Shown here one piece after another: positions 1-10,140 of a stretch of 64,000 nucleotides of DNA. The stretch is taken from positions 192,001-256,000 of the forward strand of contig JAWLHY010000010.1 in assembly GCA_041690135.1 (NCBI GenBank). The letters run 5' to 3'. The notes under the pieces were generated by a model, which searched no databases, was not told the DNA's origin, and saw only the letters and a program-made list of their open reading frames with translations. Made by a program: the position numbers and the translations under genes. Every line of letters starts with the position of its first letter. Positions within the stretch are counted from its first letter, which is position 1. This DNA is from Armatimonadota bacterium. GTDB lineage: Bacteria; Armatimonadota; SYMT01.

Positions 1-321
1 TTCCCGCAGAGACCGCTCCGCCTCCACAAACGGCACCAGCGACCGTTGACCTCGCTCCAGCAGGAAGCGGGCCAGTCCCGCAGCGGCATCCAGGAGTGAA
101 AGGGCCACCGGAAGGTCCGGCTCTTCTTCGGAAGGGTAGTACTCGAGGAGAAACGTATACAGCTCGTGGGGGGTGACCTCGTCGGTCTCGACGTAGCCGG
201 AGTAATCGATCAGGAACTCCCGCAGGGCCGCCAGGCCCAGAGTGGCCAGGCGACCTTCCTCACCCCGATGCAAACGCCGTTGCTGGAGTTCGAATTCGTC
301 CAGCGTCGCTTCCAGAGTCAT
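1..321 (-). CDS. hypothetical protein, runs off the window start
   Basis: Manual translation MTLEATLDEFELQQRRLHRGEEGRLATLGLAALREFLIDY... is open to position 1; GAGGGG SD upstream; follows proB directly. Confidence 0.7.
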   Translation of the reverse strand, partial: MTLEATLDEFELQQRRLHRGEEGRLATLGLAALREFLIDYSGYVETDEVTPHELYTFLLEYYPSEEEPDLPVALSLLDAAAGLARFLLERGQRSLVPFVEAERSLRE

Positions 322-329
322 GGTGCCCC

Positions 330-1415
330 TCAAGGATTCAATACCACCAGGTTGTCGCGGTGAACGATCTCTTGAATGTCGTCGCGACCGAGTATCTCGC
401 TGATCCGAGCGGTGTGCACGCCCATCAGCCGCTGCACATCCCGCCAATCACAGCTTGCCAGACCCCGCGCAAACTCGTGGCCTTGCTCGTTGCGCACGCT
501 CACCGAGTCGCCGCGCGTGAACGGCCCATGGACGGCAACAATCCCCGCAGGCAGCAGACTCCGGTGCTCCCGGACCAGCACTTCTTCCGCGCAGGCGTTG
601 ACCGTCACACTGCCCCGCGGCCGGGTTCCGTAGGCCAGCCAGTGCTTGCGCCCCTGGAGCCGCCGCGAAGACGGCGCGAAGACCGTGCCCAGGGCTTCGC
701 CTCTTGCGACATCCATAATCACCCCCGGCCGCCGTCCCTGCGCGATGACCGTCGTGACGCCCGCGGCGCCGGCGATTTCGGCGGCATGAAGCTTGGTGAT
801 CATTCCACCCGACCCGTGCTTGCCCGCGCCGCCCGCGATGCTCTTGAGCTCCTCGGAGATCGTCGTGACCGCCCGGACGACATTCCCGTCCGCGTCGAGT
901 AAACCGGGCACATTGGTCAACAGGATCAAGAGGTCCGCGCCGATCAACGCGGAAACGAGGGCGGCGAGCGTGTCGTTGTCACCGAACTGCAGCTCTTCGA
1001 TCGCCACCGTATCGTTCTCGTTCACGATCGGCACGGCGCCGTGCCGCAGCAGCGTGAGCATGGTATTCTGGGCGTTGACGTAACGAGCCCGCTCCTGGGC
1101 CAACTGGCGGGTCAAGAGGATCTGCCCCACGGCACGTCCACGGTCGCCGAACGCCTCCTGGTAGAGACCCATGAGGCGACCCTGGCCCACGGCCGCGGCT
1201 GCTTGCTTCAGCGGCACAGTCCGCGGACGCTGCGTCCATCCCAATCGCTCCACGCCGGCCCGCACCGCGCCCGACGTAACCAGCACAACCCCGTGACCCT
1301 CATTCATCAGGTCGCAGAGTTGCCCCACAAGTTGGGGCAGGAAATCCCGATCGATGCGGCCTTCCTCGTCCGTGAGCGTGCTCGTCCCTACCTTGACTAC
1401 AATCGTGCTGGCCAT
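330..1415 (-). CDS. proB: glutamate 5-kinase with C-terminal PUA domain
   Basis: IVVKVGTSTL, VTSGAV, PIVNENDTV, FGDND and GSGGMITK motifs. Confidence 0.97.
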   Translation of the reverse strand: MASTIVVKVGTSTLTDEEGRIDRDFLPQLVGQLCDLMNEGHGVVLVTSGAVRAGVERLGWTQRPRTVPLKQAAAAVGQGRLMGLYQEAFGDRGRAVGQILLTRQLAQERARYVNAQNTMLTLLRHGAVPIVNENDTVAIEELQFGDNDTLAALVSALIGADLLILLTNVPGLLDADGNVVRAVTTISEELKSIAGGAGKHGSGGMITKLHAAEIAGAAGVTTVIAQGRRPGVIMDVARGEALGTVFAPSSRRLQGRKHWLAYGTRPRGSVTVNACAEEVLVREHRSLLPAGIVAVHGPFTRGDSVSVRNEQGHEFARGLASCDWRDVQRLMGVHTARISEILGRDDIQEIVHRDNLVVLNP

Positions 1416-1418
1416 GCT

Positions 1419-2693
1419 TCAGTCAATGAAATCGAATTCGACATCCCCAATGCGGACCTGGCTGCCCTCTTCGGCGCCCTGGTCGCGGAGCTCTCGAATG
1501 ATCCCCATCCGTTCCAGGGTGCGCTGCAGCCGCCGCACGGCGGCCTCGTTGTTCATGTCGGTAATGGCTACCAGGCGCTCGATGCCTTTCCCGCGGATCA
1601 CGTAGTCGTCGCCTTCCTGCTCCACCTCCCAGGTATCCTCTTCCGGCGCTTCATACCGGACGATCTTCTCTTCGGCGGGGGCTACGGGCACGGGGAGTTC
1701 GGCGAGCGCGCGGGAGATGGCATACACGAGGTCCTGAACGCCCTGGCCGGTGACCGCCGAGATCAGGAAAACATCGTAGCCTTCCGCGGTGAGTTGGGCG
1801 CGCAGTTCCGGCACGATGGACGCGGCCTCGGGAAGATCGGCCTTGTTGAGCGCCACCAACTGCGGGAGAGCGGAAAGGCGTTCGCTGTAGGCGGCGAGCT
1901 CGCGATTCACGATGCGGAAATCTTCCGCCGGATCGCGCATCGTCATTCCGGAAACATCGACCAGGTGGACCAACAGGCGGGTCCGCTCCACGTGCCGTAG
2001 GAACTGGTGACCGAGGCCGGCACCCTCGCTTGCGCCTTCGATCAAACCCGGGATATCCGCCACCACGAACGACTTGCCCGGCTCCACGGACACCACGCCC
2101 AGGTTGGGCACCAGGGTGGTGAAGGGATAGTCCGCGATCTTCGGCTTAGCGGCGGAGATGTGCGAGATGAGCGTCGACTTCCCGACATTGGGAAACCCGA
2201 TGAGGCCCACGTCCGCCAGGAGCTTGAGCTCCAGAATGAGATCGCGCTCTTGCGGTGGTTCGCCCTTCTCGGCCAGACGCGGCACCTGGTGCGTAGCCGA
2301 GACGAAGGCGGCGTTACCGCGCCCCCCTCGACCGCCCTGGGCCACCACCTCGCGTTGGCCCGGCCGGACGATATCGGCCACCGTTTCGCCCGTGGCGGCG
2401 TCTCGCACCTGCGTTCCGACCGGCACCCGCAGTTCGATATCCTCGCCGCTCTTGCCGGACTTGTTGTTGCCTGCCCCGTGTACGCCGCTCGGGGCTTTAT
2501 AGGAGCGTTTGAAGCGGAAATCGACGAGCGTCGTCATATTCGGATCGCCGATCAGGAGAATGCTCCCGCCGTGACCGCCGTCGCCGCCGTCCGGACCGCC
2601 GCGCGGCACGTGTTTTTCCCGGCGAAAACTAACGGCGCCGTCACCACCCCGGCCCGCTTTCACGTGGATCTGAACTTCATCGACAAACATCAT
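1419..2693 (-). CDS. obgE: GTPase ObgE/CgtA with C-terminal extension (DUF1967 type)
   Basis: MFVDE...GGPDGGDGG Gly-rich domain; GFPNVGKS, DYPFTT, DIPG and NKAD G-motifs. Confidence 0.98.
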   Translation of the reverse strand: MMFVDEVQIHVKAGRGGDGAVSFRREKHVPRGGPDGGDGGHGGSILLIGDPNMTTLVDFRFKRSYKAPSGVHGAGNNKSGKSGEDIELRVPVGTQVRDAATGETVADIVRPGQREVVAQGGRGGRGNAAFVSATHQVPRLAEKGEPPQERDLILELKLLADVGLIGFPNVGKSTLISHISAAKPKIADYPFTTLVPNLGVVSVEPGKSFVVADIPGLIEGASEGAGLGHQFLRHVERTRLLVHLVDVSGMTMRDPAEDFRIVNRELAAYSERLSALPQLVALNKADLPEAASIVPELRAQLTAEGYDVFLISAVTGQGVQDLVYAISRALAELPVPVAPAEEKIVRYEAPEEDTWEVEQEGDDYVIRGKGIERLVAITDMNNEAAVRRLQRTLERMGIIRELRDQGAEEGSQVRIGDVEFDFID

Positions 2694-2861
2694 GGGAGGT
2701 ACCTCGGCCGTGATTCAAGCAAAAAGGACGGAAACAGGGCAGCGTCCCCTTCCGGGAATGCGCTACCCCGCCTCCATCCTTTTCCAACCTTCTCAAGCCT
2801 GGTAACGGCACGGATCGCATCGCGATTCACGCCGGGTGGCTTCGCTCCACGGGCCGCGCGA

Positions 2862-3149
2862 TCAGGCTGCCGGAGCGGGCTCGGCTTCCGCGGCGGCCAC
2901 TGCGGGCTGCACGGAGACGCGGCGCTTGGCCTTGTGGCCTTCCATCACGACCACGCCGTCAATCAGGGCAAAGAGCGTGTAGTCCTTGCCGACCCCGACG
3001 TTGGCGCCCGGTTTCATGCTGCTGCCGCGCTGGCGGACGAGGATGGACCCCGCCGTAACCTGCTGCCCGGCATACTCCTTGACACCGAGGCGCTTACTGT
3101 TGCTGTCCCGTCCGTTCCGGGAGCTGCCTACACCTTTTTTATGAGCCAT
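2862..3149 (-). CDS. rpmA: 50S ribosomal protein L27
   Basis: [24 protein letters not shown] signature. Confidence 0.98.
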   Translation of the reverse strand: MAHKKGVGSSRNGRDSNSKRLGVKEYAGQQVTAGSILVRQRGSSMKPGANVGVGKDYTLFALIDGVVVMEGHKAKRRVSVQPAVAAAEAEPAPAA

Positions 3150-3160
3150 TGTCCAATCCT

Positions 3161-3472
3161 CTAGGCCGAAATCGATTCGATCACCAGCTCGGTGAACGGC
3201 TGGCGATGGCCGAAGCGACGTCGCTCGTTCTTCTTCGCCTTGAAAGTGAAGCCGGTGATCTTGCGCGCCTTGCCCTGGCGAACGACCCGGGCGGTTACCG
3301 TGGCTCCGCTCACGTACGGAGCGCCCACCTGGACGCCGCTCTCGGAAGCTACCAGCAGCACGCGGTCCAGCGTCACCTGATCGCCGACCCCTGCTTCCAG
3401 CTTTTCAACGCGCAGCACGCCCTTTTCGGCGGCGCGATATTGTTTCCCACCTGTTTCGATGACCGCGTACAT
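3161..3472 (-). CDS. rplU: 50S ribosomal protein L21
   Basis: [12 protein letters not shown]...GHRQPFT; start moved to ATG at 3472, preceded by AGGAG. Confidence 0.98.
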   Translation of the reverse strand: MYAVIETGGKQYRAAEKGVLRVEKLEAGVGDQVTLDRVLLVASESGVQVGAPYVSGATVTARVVRQGKARKITGFTFKAKKNERRRFGHRQPFTELVIESISA

Positions 3473-3500
3473 AAAAAACTCCTGCGTGTGCAAACGCCAA

Positions 3501-3529
3501 ATGCTATCAAATGGGCTCGCTTCTGTCAA
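3501..3529 (-). promoter_or_regulatory. sigma70-type promoter of rplU-rpmA, overlapping the end of rne
   Basis: TTGACA-N17-TAGCAT with TG extension on the minus strand. Confidence 0.75.
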
Positions 3530-6431
3530 CCGCAGTCGAGGGAGCAACCGGCTCTCCCAGCGCGAAACTGCGGCGAACGTCCGTGAGACGTACCCGAATG
3601 GTCTGGCCCTGATGCCGGGCGCCGTTGGCCACATCGACGAAAAAGCCGTTGGTCCAGCCGGCGCTGCGCGGCGGCGTGATCAACTCGATCTTGGTGATCT
3701 GGCAATCGACGACCTGGCCGCCATGGAACGGCATCATCTCCCGTTCCATTTCCATCATGTCTCCCGGAAGGATCTCGTACTTTTCTACGTGGTAGTCATG
3801 GCGCGCGCGGATGTAGATGGGTCGCCGTAGCATGCGCTCCATCTGTTCCACACTCTCCCCTTCGGGCCCCACGAGCCAGGCCGCCACTTCGGGATGGGCA
3901 TTGACCAGAATCGCGTCCACATCCGTCGAAGCGCAAAGCTGGCGGATCTGCCGCTCGATGCTGATTGCCAGCGTCTCCGGCGACCATACCCGGCCTCGCC
4001 CCTGGCAGTAGGGGCAGACCTGGCTCATCACGTCCGTAACCGCCTCGCTCGTGCGTTTCCGGGTCATTTCCACTAGCCCCAGTGGGCTAATGTGGGCGAT
4101 TTTGATCCGGGTGCGGTCTTTCTTGAAGGCGTTTTCGAGCGCCCGCATCACCAACTGGCGATCGCGGCTGGACGCCATGTCGATGAAGTCGAGGACAATC
4201 ATGCCCCCGATGTCGCGCAGGCGAAGCTGACGAGCAATTTCCTCGACCGCGTCGAGATTGGTCTTCAGAATCGTCTCCGCCAGGCTGCTCGTTCCCACGA
4301 ATTTGCCCGTGTTGACGTCGATCGTGGTGAGCGCTTCGGTCGTGTCCAGGAGCAGGTACGCTCCGTTGCGGAGCCAGACCTTGCGGCGCAACAAACGATC
4401 GATCTCGTCTTCGACGTTGTACCGGGTGAAGAGCGGCTGAGACTCGTCATAGAGGAACACGCGGTCCACCAGGTCCGGCGCAAGTTCCTGGAGCGTCTCG
4501 CTCACCTTCTCGTACTCTTCCCGCGAGTCGATGACGAGCCGGTCCACGTCCTGCCCGAACAGGTCCCGAATCGTTTTCAGGATCGGACCCAGATCCTTGT
4601 GAATGATCGCGGGTGCGTGAGTCTTCTTGTTCTTCTCAGTGATGTTCTGCCAGGAGCGGACCAGGTAATCCAGGTCGGCTCGCAGCTCCTGTTCCGTACG
4701 CCCTTCCGCTTCGGTGCGGATAATGAGACCGAATCCCTTGGGCTGCATCTGCTCGCCGATTCGACGCAGGCGCTCCCGCTCTTTCGGGTCTTCCACCTTC
4801 CGGGAGACGCCGAGGTGGTCACCTTCGGGCATCAGCACCAGGTACCGGCCGGGAATGGACATCTTGGTGGAGACGCGGGCTCCCTTGGTCCCGCGCGGCC
4901 CCTTGACCACCTGGACCAGCATTTCCTGGCCCGGTTTGGCAATGTCCGCGATGCGGACGTCCCGGCTGGTGCGCCGGGAAGGGCTGTCTCCCCCATCATT
5001 CCGAGAGCGGGTGTCCTCAAACAGGATGTCGCCGACGTAAAGGAAGGCATTGCGCTCCAGGCCGATATCCACAAAGGCGGCGTCCATGCCCGGGAGCACA
5101 TTGCAGACCCGGCCTTTGTAAACACTGCCGACGACGCGCTCTTCCCTCTCAACGTGGAGCTCCACCAGCCGGCCGTGCTCCAGGACCGCGATGCGAGTCT
5201 CGCGGTCATCGACGTTGATCAAAATCTCCTTGTACTCGCGCTCGGCGCGGGCCTCGCGTTTCTCGGCGGCTTCCTCTTCCTGCCGGGCCAGCTTCTGAAC
5301 CGTGGGACGCGCCGGAGCAACGGCCGCTGCTTCTTCCGGCGGTGCGGACACGGCCTCTTCTTGCGGGCGCCGGTCGCGCTCGCGCCCCCGTTTCCGCCGC
5401 CGTCGCCCGCGCGCTTCGGCGGGAACGGTTTCGACGGGAGCTTCCTCTTCCAGCCAGTCCTCGGGAACCGCTTCCAGTAGCGCCTCCGGCACCACCACGA
5501 GCAGCGGATCGCTCGGAGCGGGCAACAGGGCAGGCGGTTGCGGCTCGGGCCGGGAAGGCTGCGGCCGCTGCGGAGAAGTCCGCATGGGCTGGGCCGCGGG
5601 AGGGACACCTTCGAGAGCGCGCGCTTCGGCCAGGGCCGCCTGCTGGCGCTCGACCTCCTCCGGCGAAACTCCCCTTACCTCCGCCAGAATCTCCGTGGTA
5701 ATGGGAGGCAGTGCGGACTCTCGCTGGCGGACTGGGCTACGACCCAGGTCCGGAGTGAAATCCAGGAAGGGCGCGGGCGCGGTCTCCTCGGTGGCCTCCG
5801 GGACGACAATATCCTCCCCACCGACGCGCTGGGAACTTTTCGCCTCCGCCGGAGCAGGCGGAGCGCTGGCGGCTCGTTTGGGCCGTGGTTCGCGGCGGTG
5901 CAGCGGCACGGGCTCGCCCAGTTCCGCTACCTCTCGCTCGGCCAGTTCCAGCAGGATTTCTTCCGGCAGCCGACCCGTCCGGGCTGGGGCAGGCGCCGGC
6001 TCTTCTTGCGGCACCGCCTCCACGGCATCGGGTTCAGCCTGTTCGGTTTCCAGGGCGGAGAGTGGAGGGGTGATCAACTCGTCCCCTTCCAGTGCCGCGG
6101 GACGCTGGCTGCCTTCCGGAAGTTCCTCGGCACTCAGGGCCCCACCCGCGGGTTCGAGATCGGACACACCCAACGGCTCGGGAGTCAATTCGACTTCCGG
6201 CGTCTCCTTCTTTTTGCGCGGTGGGCGTTTCCGCGGCGCACGCGGTTTCCGACCGGCAGTGGCGGCCTCCTCCGCAAGGCCATTCGCGGAAGGCTCCGCA
6301 CCGGCCGATTCTACAGGAGTGGCGACAACCGCCGGGGTGGTTACTGCGAGGGAATCCTCTACTTGCTCGGACGATAGAGTCGCCCCTTCAGCCTCGGCCG
6401 CATGTCCGGCCGGCTGGTCTTTTTCTTCCAT
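3507..6431 (-). CDS. rne: Rne/Rng family ribonuclease with long N-terminal disordered region and TRAM-like C-terminus
   Basis: GSVYKGRV...LPGMDAAFVDIG S1 domain, IDVNTG, LRLRDIGGMIVLDFIDM, CPYCQG Zn link; probable start MEEKDQ at 6431. Confidence 0.92.
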   Translation of the reverse strand: MEEKDQPAGHAAEAEGATLSSEQVEDSLAVTTPAVVATPVESAGAEPSANGLAEEAATAGRKPRAPRKRPPRKKKETPEVELTPEPLGVSDLEPAGGALSAEELPEGSQRPAALEGDELITPPLSALETEQAEPDAVEAVPQEEPAPAPARTGRLPEEILLELAEREVAELGEPVPLHRREPRPKRAASAPPAPAEAKSSQRVGGEDIVVPEATEETAPAPFLDFTPDLGRSPVRQRESALPPITTEILAEVRGVSPEEVERQQAALAEARALEGVPPAAQPMRTSPQRPQPSRPEPQPPALLPAPSDPLLVVVPEALLEAVPEDWLEEEAPVETVPAEARGRRRRKRGRERDRRPQEEAVSAPPEEAAAVAPARPTVQKLARQEEEAAEKREARAEREYKEILINVDDRETRIAVLEHGRLVELHVEREERVVGSVYKGRVCNVLPGMDAAFVDIGLERNAFLYVGDILFEDTRSRNDGGDSPSRRTSRDVRIADIAKPGQEMLVQVVKGPRGTKGARVSTKMSIPGRYLVLMPEGDHLGVSRKVEDPKERERLRRIGEQMQPKGFGLIIRTEAEGRTEQELRADLDYLVRSWQNITEKNKKTHAPAIIHKDLGPILKTIRDLFGQDVDRLVIDSREEYEKVSETLQELAPDLVDRVFLYDESQPLFTRYNVEDEIDRLLRRKVWLRNGAYLLLDTTEALTTIDVNTGKFVGTSSLAETILKTNLDAVEEIARQLRLRDIGGMIVLDFIDMASSRDRQLVMRALENAFKKDRTRIKIAHISPLGLVEMTRKRTSEAVTDVMSQVCPYCQGRGRVWSPETLAISIERQIRQLCASTDVDAILVNAHPEVAAWLVGPEGESVEQMERMLRRPIYIRARHDYHVEKYEILPGDMMEMEREMMPFHGGQVVDCQITKIELITPPRSAGWTNGFFVDVANGARHQGQTIRVRLTDVRRSFALGEPVAPSTAVDRSEPI

Positions 6432-6852
6432 ACAAGCCCCTTCGACTCCGGAGGGGCGGAAAGCCGGGGCGCAAGCACCCCAGAGGATTGGGCCGCGTGG
6501 ATGAAGTTGTATGACTGCGCCCGGCGGGTTCGCCCAGGGCGCACGCCCTGCACGGAGCCGCAGGGCTGGGGCGTCAATGAGAGGTGAGTACGTCCGACCG
6601 GTCCCTCGAAGGACAACCGCAGCGACACGCCGCCCGCGGAGTGCGGGGACGCTCGATGCCTGGCGGCCTCTGGAAACCAATCATTCGGGCTTTAACCTAT
6701 CGACTAAACCGCTCTCTTAACGAGAAGCGCCGATCACACAACAGTCCGCGCGTGACGCGGGCAGGCATTCGAAAATGCCCGCCGGCCGGGACCACCCTTG
6801 CCCTGCTTGAACCGGGGGTCGCTGCCTTCCGGCGGCTCCAACTCCGATTCGA

Positions 6853-7563
6853 CTACCCAGGCATGACAAGAGGGGATGCCGCATCCGGCTCTCCGCCGCA
6901 CGATCTACTATTCTCAACATCTGCCGGGTCGAGTTCGCACCACAACCGCGTGCGATGCAGGCGTGTTACCCGCAAGTTCGGGCAGGTCTGTTCGATCAAG
7001 CCCACTACGTCGCGAATGCGGATGCCGTCTCGTTCACCGGCCGGCAATTTCAGTGTCAAAACCGCGGCCCCGCTCTCTGGAGCGCGATCGCCCGCAGGAG
7101 TCGAAGGAAGCGCTTCGAGCTTCCATTCGCGCGCCTGGGGAATCCCGGGGCCCGAAGCAAAAAATTCCGAAAGGCGGTCCGCCGCACCCTCTCCAGTGAT
7201 GGTCAGGGCGAAGCCGGCAGCCCGCACTTGTATATACGGGTTCTTTTTCTCGCTCGGGATCGGCCATACCTCCATGATGACCATCCCGGCCGGCAACTGG
7301 TTTTGCAACTCGTCGAAAGCTTGCCGAATGGCGGCTTCCTCGAGATCTCGCGCAAGATCCAGTTGGCACAGTTCCCACTCGCTGGTCGCGCCCAGGGTTA
7401 AGGCCGAGGCAAACGACATGCGCGGACGCGGGTTAAACCCCTGGCTGTAGGCGATGGGGAACCGGCTGCGCCGCATGGCGCGTTCCACCACCCGCATCAG
7501 ATCGAGGTGGCCTACGAACCGGAGCGGTTCGCCCTTGGTAAAACGGAAGAGCACTCGCTCCAT
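6853..7563 (-). CDS. radical SAM-linked protein (TIGR03936/DUF2344 type)
   Basis: RFVGHLDL...YSQGFNPRPRMSFASAL motif; adjacent to its usual radical SAM partner. Confidence 0.9.
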   Translation of the reverse strand: MERVLFRFTKGEPLRFVGHLDLMRVVERAMRRSRFPIAYSQGFNPRPRMSFASALTLGATSEWELCQLDLARDLEEAAIRQAFDELQNQLPAGMVIMEVWPIPSEKKNPYIQVRAAGFALTITGEGAADRLSEFFASGPGIPQAREWKLEALPSTPAGDRAPESGAAVLTLKLPAGERDGIRIRDVVGLIEQTCPNLRVTRLHRTRLWCELDPADVENSRSCGGEPDAASPLVMPG

Positions 7564-7641
7564 GAATCTGTCCGCCGCGTTGCCCCGGGACCGGGGCAAC
7601 GCTCTTCTTCAAGTATCGTGGAAAAGACGCCGGCACGCAAG

Positions 7642-9549
7642 TCAGGCGAGAACCGGCAGGAAAACCTTTTCACCTTTGGCATCACCGCCGATCTCGCCGG
7701 TTGCGCGCCAGATATCGACGTTCAGATCCCAGCAGGCGGCACAGCCGAAGCACTGGGTGGTCTTGCAGTCTTCGACAATGCGCGGGACAGGCTTGCGTGC
7801 TTTCTTGTCCTCCACCATGAGGAACCGTTTGGTGACGCCGCAATCGATGTGGTCCCACGGGAGACCTTCGTCGTAGGAACGCTCCCGGTTGGCGTACCAG
7901 TGGGAGTCGATTCCTTCTTCGACGCATACACGCGCCCAGAGCTTGGGATCGTGGTGTTCGTCCCAGCCGTCGAAGCGGCCGCCCTGCTCCCACACACGCC
8001 GGATCACCTGGGACATGCGGCGGTCGGCGCGCGACAGCAGTCCCTCGCAGAAGCTGGTTTCCGCGTCGTGAAGACTGAGTTTGATGGCGCGGATGCCCCG
8101 GCAGGCCTCGCGAAGCAAATCTTGCTTGCGGTTGATCTCGTCGAGGGGGTCCTGCCCGTGCCACTGGAACGGCGTGTGCGGCTTCGGCACGAACGTAGAG
8201 ACCCCCACGTTGACCTCCGCGGGAATCTTCTTGCTGCGCCCGATGGCCAGCACCTTCTTTGCCAGGTGCGCGATGCCGAGCACGTCCTCATCCGTCTCGG
8301 TCGGCAGTCCGATCATGAAGTAGAGCTTGATCTTCTTCCACCCCTTGTCGAACGCAGCCTCCACCGAGGTGAAGAGGTCGTCCTCGCTCACCGTTTTGCT
8401 GACGACGTCCCGCATCCGCTGGGAGCCCGCCTCCGGTGCGAACGTGAGACCGCTCTTCCGCACCTCCTGCACCTTATTGGCGAGATCGACGCTGAATGCG
8501 TCGACGCGGAGCGAGGAGAGCGAAAGGCTGATCCGCTGCTCCCGGTGCTCGTCAAGCAGTTCGTCCGTAAGCTCCGGGAGGCGCGTGTAGTCCGCCGTGG
8601 AGAGCGACATCAGGGAGATCTCATCGCACCCCGTGTTCTGGACCAGCTCGCGGGCGAGATTCTCCAGGTTCTCCTTCGACCGTTCGCGGACCGGCCGCGT
8701 GATCATCCCGGCCTGGCAGAACCGGCAGCCGCGCGTGCAACCGCGAAACACTTCCAGGGTAATCCGGTCGTGCACCGCCTGCATATAGCTGACGACCGGT
8801 TTCGTAGGGTACGGAACCTGGTCCAGGTCCTGAACCACGCGCTTGGAAACCTTCTCCGGAACTTCCGGATAAAGTGGCCGGGTGACCTGCAGCGAGCCGT
8901 CTTCGTTGTAAACCGCTTCGTAGAGGATAGGGACGTAGATACCCGGCACCTGTGCGAGCGCCTTGAGGCGCTCCAGGCGCGGCCGGTCGCGGGTCGCTTT
9001 CACCAGGTCGAGGAAGTCGTTCAGCACATCCTCGCACTCCCCGATCATGAAACAATCGATGAACTCTGCCATGGGCTCGGGGTTGAAGACGCAATTACCG
9101 CCCGCTAGCACGATGGGATCGTCATCCCCACGCTCCGCCGTGGAGAGCGGGATACCACCCAGGTCGAGCACCGTGAGCACATTCGTGTAGGTCTGCTCAT
9201 ACCCCAAGGAAAACCCGACTACATCGAACTCGCGGAGGGGATGCCGCGACTCCAGCCCATAAAGCGGGACGCCGAACTCGCGCATGCGGGCTTCCATGTC
9301 CACCCAGGGACAGAACGCCCGCTCGCATAACGCATCTTCCCGGCGGTTGACCATGTCATAGACAATCTGGATCGCCAGGTTAGACATGCCCAGCTCATAC
9401 GTGTCCGGATAGAGGACACAGAACTTGAGATCGGTTTGATCCCAGTCCTTGAGGATGATATTCCATTCCCCGCCGGTATAGCGGGCGGGCTTGTCCACCC
9501 GGGTTAAAACTTCGCGCTCGAGCAATTCCTGCCAGTTCGCGGCGACCAT
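7642..9549 (-). CDS. TIGR03960-type radical SAM protein
   Basis: KPARYTGGEWN, YPDTYELGMSN, CTRGCRFC, FVPKPHTPFQW and C-terminal CxxxxCxxCxxC; start refined to MVAANWQ. Confidence 0.92.
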   Translation of the reverse strand: MVAANWQELLEREVLTRVDKPARYTGGEWNIILKDWDQTDLKFCVLYPDTYELGMSNLAIQIVYDMVNRREDALCERAFCPWVDMEARMREFGVPLYGLESRHPLREFDVVGFSLGYEQTYTNVLTVLDLGGIPLSTAERGDDDPIVLAGGNCVFNPEPMAEFIDCFMIGECEDVLNDFLDLVKATRDRPRLERLKALAQVPGIYVPILYEAVYNEDGSLQVTRPLYPEVPEKVSKRVVQDLDQVPYPTKPVVSYMQAVHDRITLEVFRGCTRGCRFCQAGMITRPVRERSKENLENLARELVQNTGCDEISLMSLSTADYTRLPELTDELLDEHREQRISLSLSSLRVDAFSVDLANKVQEVRKSGLTFAPEAGSQRMRDVVSKTVSEDDLFTSVEAAFDKGWKKIKLYFMIGLPTETDEDVLGIAHLAKKVLAIGRSKKIPAEVNVGVSTFVPKPHTPFQWHGQDPLDEINRKQDLLREACRGIRAIKLSLHDAETSFCEGLLSRADRRMSQVIRRVWEQGGRFDGWDEHHDPKLWARVCVEEGIDSHWYANRERSYDEGLPWDHIDCGVTKRFLMVEDKKARKPVPRIVEDCKTTQCFGCAACWDLNVDIWRATGEIGGDAKGEKVFLPVLA

Positions 9550-9599
9550 CGCATTTCTCTCCATTTCGAACCTGGCACTCTTGGAGCCGGCTTGGACCC

Positions 9600-9628
9600 A
9601 ACTTACCACGTTGAGACCGGGAGTGCAA
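9600..9628 (-). promoter_or_regulatory. sigma70-type promoter of the radical SAM operon
   Basis: TTGCAC-N17-TAAGTT with TG extension, about 50 nt before the ATG. Confidence 0.6.
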
Positions 9629-9641
9629 ATGGCGGAAAGCC

Positions 9642-9688
9642 AGGTGCGAGGTGGGAAGTAAGGTGCGAGATGGGAAAAAAGGTGCGAG
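9642..9688. repeat. three AGGTGCGAG direct repeats with 19-bp period
   Basis: Exact 9-mer at 9642, 9661 and 9680. Confidence 0.8.
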
Positions 9689-10140
9689 AAGAGGAGCGCG
9701 GGCGTCCCGCCCGCCCGTGAGGAGGGTGGAGCAAAGAGGGTGGAGCGTGGAGCGGGCGTATCACCCGCCACTTTCGCACCTGGAATGCACCGCGTTGACC
9801 GCAAGGGTCACGTTAGGGTCGAGGTCGCAGTCCCCGACCAGGACCTTGCTTCCATACCGGTAACGCACCTCGATAGCCGGCGGAGGTGGAGCGGGCGTCT
9901 CGTCCGGCAGTTGGGAAAGCGATGAAGTGTGAAGGGCGGCGCAACCGCCGTGCCCCAGAGGGTGCGGGGAGGAGCTGAGCGGTTCCGGGGACCTAACCGA
10001 ATGCGCATTACGGGCACCCGCCGCGGAGTGAAATGTCCCAGCATCCACTTCGCGGCGGGTGCCTCACGCCAACGTCGGAGTTGCTGTGGTACGTAGCCGG
10101 TTGCTATCTGCTCCGTTACCTCCCCAACTCCCGACGATTG

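Noticed and set aside
1041-9108. Long plus-strand ORFs (e.g. 2007..3164, 4092..5480, 7507..9108) and similar ones across the LPS cluster
   Set aside because: Antisense shadows of well-supported minus-strand genes, typical of high-GC DNA; no recognisable motifs
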